Part shown: positions 61,641 to 64,000 of the stretch, piece after piece
How the letters are laid out: the number at the start of each line of letters is the position of its first letter
How positions within the stretch are numbered: the first letter of the stretch is position 1
Assembly (NCBI RefSeq): GCF_963676685.1
Contig: NC_092349.1
Location: forward strand, 63,326,924 to 63,390,923
Reading direction: 5' to 3'
From: Mytilus edulis
Lineage: Eukaryota
DNA length: 64,000 nucleotides
Translations under genes and position numbers: made by a program
Notes under the pieces: generated by a model
Told to the model about the DNA's origin: nothing
The model's database searches: none
What the model saw: the letters and a program-made list of their open reading frames with translations, nothing else

Positions 61641-62183
61641 ATTTTGTGGATATTTGATTTCATGGTTTTACCAAAGTCTGAATATATTCTTATAGAAAAA
61701 TCATTTAAGGTACCTTCACTAAAATAAATTTGGCTCCTTTAATTTTCACAAAATTTTAACAAAGTATTTACTTTGACCCTCTAACAAAAATGTAAAAATT
61801 TCAAAAAATTTGAACCAACCGTTTTATCAGGAAAATTACACTGGTTATATAGCAGTTTGACCAACCCTTATTTTGATCATTGAGAAGCTTAATATTCCAT
61901 AAACAACACAAAGTAATTAAAACGTTTAGCTGATTTTACAGAGTTATTTCCCTGTAGTGTTAGGTACCACATTAATTCATCTTACAATGAAATATGGGAT
62001 TTTCAGGTTACCATGAAATCCACTAAAATTGGTATCAAATGAATAATAATGAATCCTCAGTATACAAGTTATCAGTTAAAAAAAAAATTTCATTGGAATT
62101 ATTTTTGTAATAAAAGCTCTATTATCATAAACATTCTTTCTAAAATATTATTTTTAAGTCTACAGTTCTTTTATTTTATTTAG

Positions 62184-62379
62184 TGAAGATCTATCAAATT
62201 TGAGATACTTGACGTGTTTCCTAAAGGAAGTAATGAGATTACATTCACCTGTATCCATAGTCAACAGAATGCTAGATCAACCTGTTGTTACCAATGGTGT
62301 AGAGATACCTGCTGGAATATTAATAGATCTGGGTATTTACCATGCTCAAAATCATCCTGATGTCTGGCAAAATCCTACA
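62184..62379 (+). CDS. CYP4-like gene C, exon 9 (EDLSNLRYLTCFLKEVMRLHSPVSIVNRMLDQPVVTNGVEIPAGILIDLGIYHAQNHPDVWQNPT)
   Basis: ORF track 62200..62451. Acceptor tttag, donor gtaggt. 196 nt. Confidence 0.85.
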
Positions 62380-62866
62380 GTAGGTCTTACAATATACAGA
62401 ACATATTTTTTTAGCCTTCCCTGGTTTTCTTACTACCATGTAATCTCTTAGTTTGTAAAAACATCTTCCTTTTAATCTTTACATAAAGTAGTGTAATTAT
62501 TACAAATGTGTAAATTCTAATTCCATGAGAGCATAGTTTGAATTTTATATACATTTTTAAAAGTACATGTAAACTGCTTCATAATTTGAACATGATTTTT
62601 AGATGAGCAGAAATGATGTTCCTACATAAAGATTAAAAATAAATGGTGGTGCAAATCTGAGAACAGCTGAGTCTTAATGTTTCTGTAAGGCTGTTCATTA
62701 TATTTAATTACACTAATACAATTTGTTAATTTAAATTGGTCCTTTTCTTATTGTTGTTAATGTGTATAAAAAATCAGATAATTTTATTATGTGACAGTAA
62801 TGATAGCAAATAATGAAAAACAAAAGGTTATATTGTGATCACAGCTTTGTTTATTTTCATTTCTAG

Positions 62867-62949
62867 GAGTTTAGACCAGAGAGATTTGAGGGAGACAAAC
62901 ATCATGAAATGGATCCATATAGCTTTACTCCATTTTCAGCTGGACCAAG
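62867..62949 (+). CDS. CYP4-like gene C, exon 10 (EFRPERFEGDKHHEMDPYSFTPFSAGP)
   Basis: Acceptor tttctag, donor gtaaat. 83 nt. The NCIG exon and the terminal exon are not found before 64000. Confidence 0.85.
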
Positions 62950-63700
62950 GTAAATATTTATCTGACCTTGATATGGGAGATAACTCATTACTGGTAATTA
63001 ATTTATACCTTTTTCTTCAAACTTTTTTCTTTTGGGAACAAGTTAATAAAAACTGCTTCTGTAATAAACCATGAGATTTGAGGGAAAAAGCACTATTGGA
63101 AAGATCTGTATAATAAGACATGTTTTGAGAAAAGGTGCCAAGTTATAAATGAGTTGTCTCCCATATCAATAAGGATAATCTCCCAAATTCACATCAGATC
63201 CTTGAACTTTAACTTCATTATTTGTTGGCTCCAGTAAGATATGTATCATCTCCAATATATACTGCATAAACCCCTGACTTAGATCAAGTGAATCTTACCC
63301 TGATTTTCAGCTCTTTCTTTCTCCAATACTAATCAGAGAAAGAAGAGCTTAAAACACAATACTTACTTGCCATGAAATTCTAAGCTAATAAAAAAATATT
63401 ATAATTCCAATTTTTATCTTCAAAAACCATCATGAAAGTTTTCTAAAACTTCAGTTGATTCAAGTGAAATATGAGTTATCTGCCATGTAAAGCAGAGATA
63501 TTTGTGCAAAATACTCCTTATTTGACATCTCCTTATAGTTGTGCTCCTATTTCTATGGTTAAAAGGTAAATATGAGTTAACTATTTAATAAACCAAAGAG
63601 ATATGAGGGATGCAGCTTTATGAGATGGATCCATATAGTTTGACCAAATATTTTTATTCAATAATGAGTTATCTCCCATATCAAGTATGGGATATATTGA
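62950..63700 (+). repeat. Decayed copies of gene C exon 10 plus flanks, scattered through the downstream intron
   Basis: 63060-63100 ccatgagatttgagggaaaaagcact. 63160-63260 ttgtctcccatatcaataag…ctccagtaagatatgtatcatctcc. 63597-63650 aaagagatatgagggatgcagctttatgagatggatccatatagtttgacc. 63660-63740 ttatctcccatatcaag…gtgaccaaggtaaaat. Confidence 0.7.
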
Positions 63701-64000
63701 GTTCTACACCAGGTTTTTTTTTTGTGACCAAGGTAAAATTCAATGCATTGGGATGTTGAGGAGAGAAATTTGAAAGCAAAAAATTTAAGAGCTTAGTCAC
63801 ACAATATTAAAAAAAAAAAAACAATCACACTAACTGTAGTCTGTACTCAAGGGAAATGTTCTTCCATTGGACTAAATATAAATTTCACATACTATAAATA
63901 TTACATTTAATTGAGCACACAATTACCAGTACACCCTCATAAAGAATATACATGCAATATTTACCACTAATACTAAGCAAACATCAAATAAGCAATGCAT

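Noticed and set aside
1-64000. Searched for a prokaryote-style novel system (defence islands, toxin-antitoxin, operons)
   Set aside because: Short phase-consistent exons with GT-AG introns, P450 coding split over 10-12 exons, LINE and MITE content and satellite arrays show this is metazoan nuclear DNA. No operonic gene arrangement exists.

Overview
This is AT-rich, intron-rich eukaryotic DNA with no prokaryotic operon structure. The repeat content suggests an invertebrate, possibly a bivalve mollusc, but that is a guess I cannot verify.

The window holds a cluster of three paralogous cytochrome P450 genes of the CYP4 type. The diagnostic motifs can be read directly from the exon translations: PGPKxHWLFGN, [45 protein letters not shown], KYLxCFLKEVMR, PERF and the haem-binding PFSAGPRNCIG. 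All three genes share the same splice positions and intron phases.
- Gene A is on the minus strand. Exon 1 is at 8872-9036, and nine exons run down to 957; the last three exons lie beyond the window start.
- Gene B is on the plus strand and complete: 12 exons, 22518-46459, 504 aa.
- Gene C is on the plus strand. Exons 1-10 run from 52767 to 62949, and the 3' end lies beyond the window.
- Genes A and B are head-to-head, separated by about 13.5 kb of complex repeats. Genes B and C are in tandem.

The largest single feature is a near full-length non-LTR retrotransposon of about 5.6 kb, lying antisense in intron 7 of gene B. Its ORF1 has a PHD finger and three CCHC zinc knuckles. Its ORF2 encodes APE endonuclease, reverse transcriptase and RNase H. 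ORF2 is broken only by a frameshift in an A11 homopolymer.

Other content:
- two 5'-truncated LINE tails
- several MITE families with clear terminal inverted repeats (TIRs)
- a foldback-type element
- long hairpin palindromes inside introns
- a composite satellite-bearing macro-repeat present in three places
- many microsatellites

Two observations are unusual. In both gene B and gene C, the intron after the PERF/FSAGPR exon holds an array of decayed tandem copies of that exon with its splice signals. And all three paralogs carry Ala where canonical CYP4 enzymes have the I-helix Glu that covalently links haem.

I found no defence system, CRISPR array, rRNA or bona fide tRNA gene.
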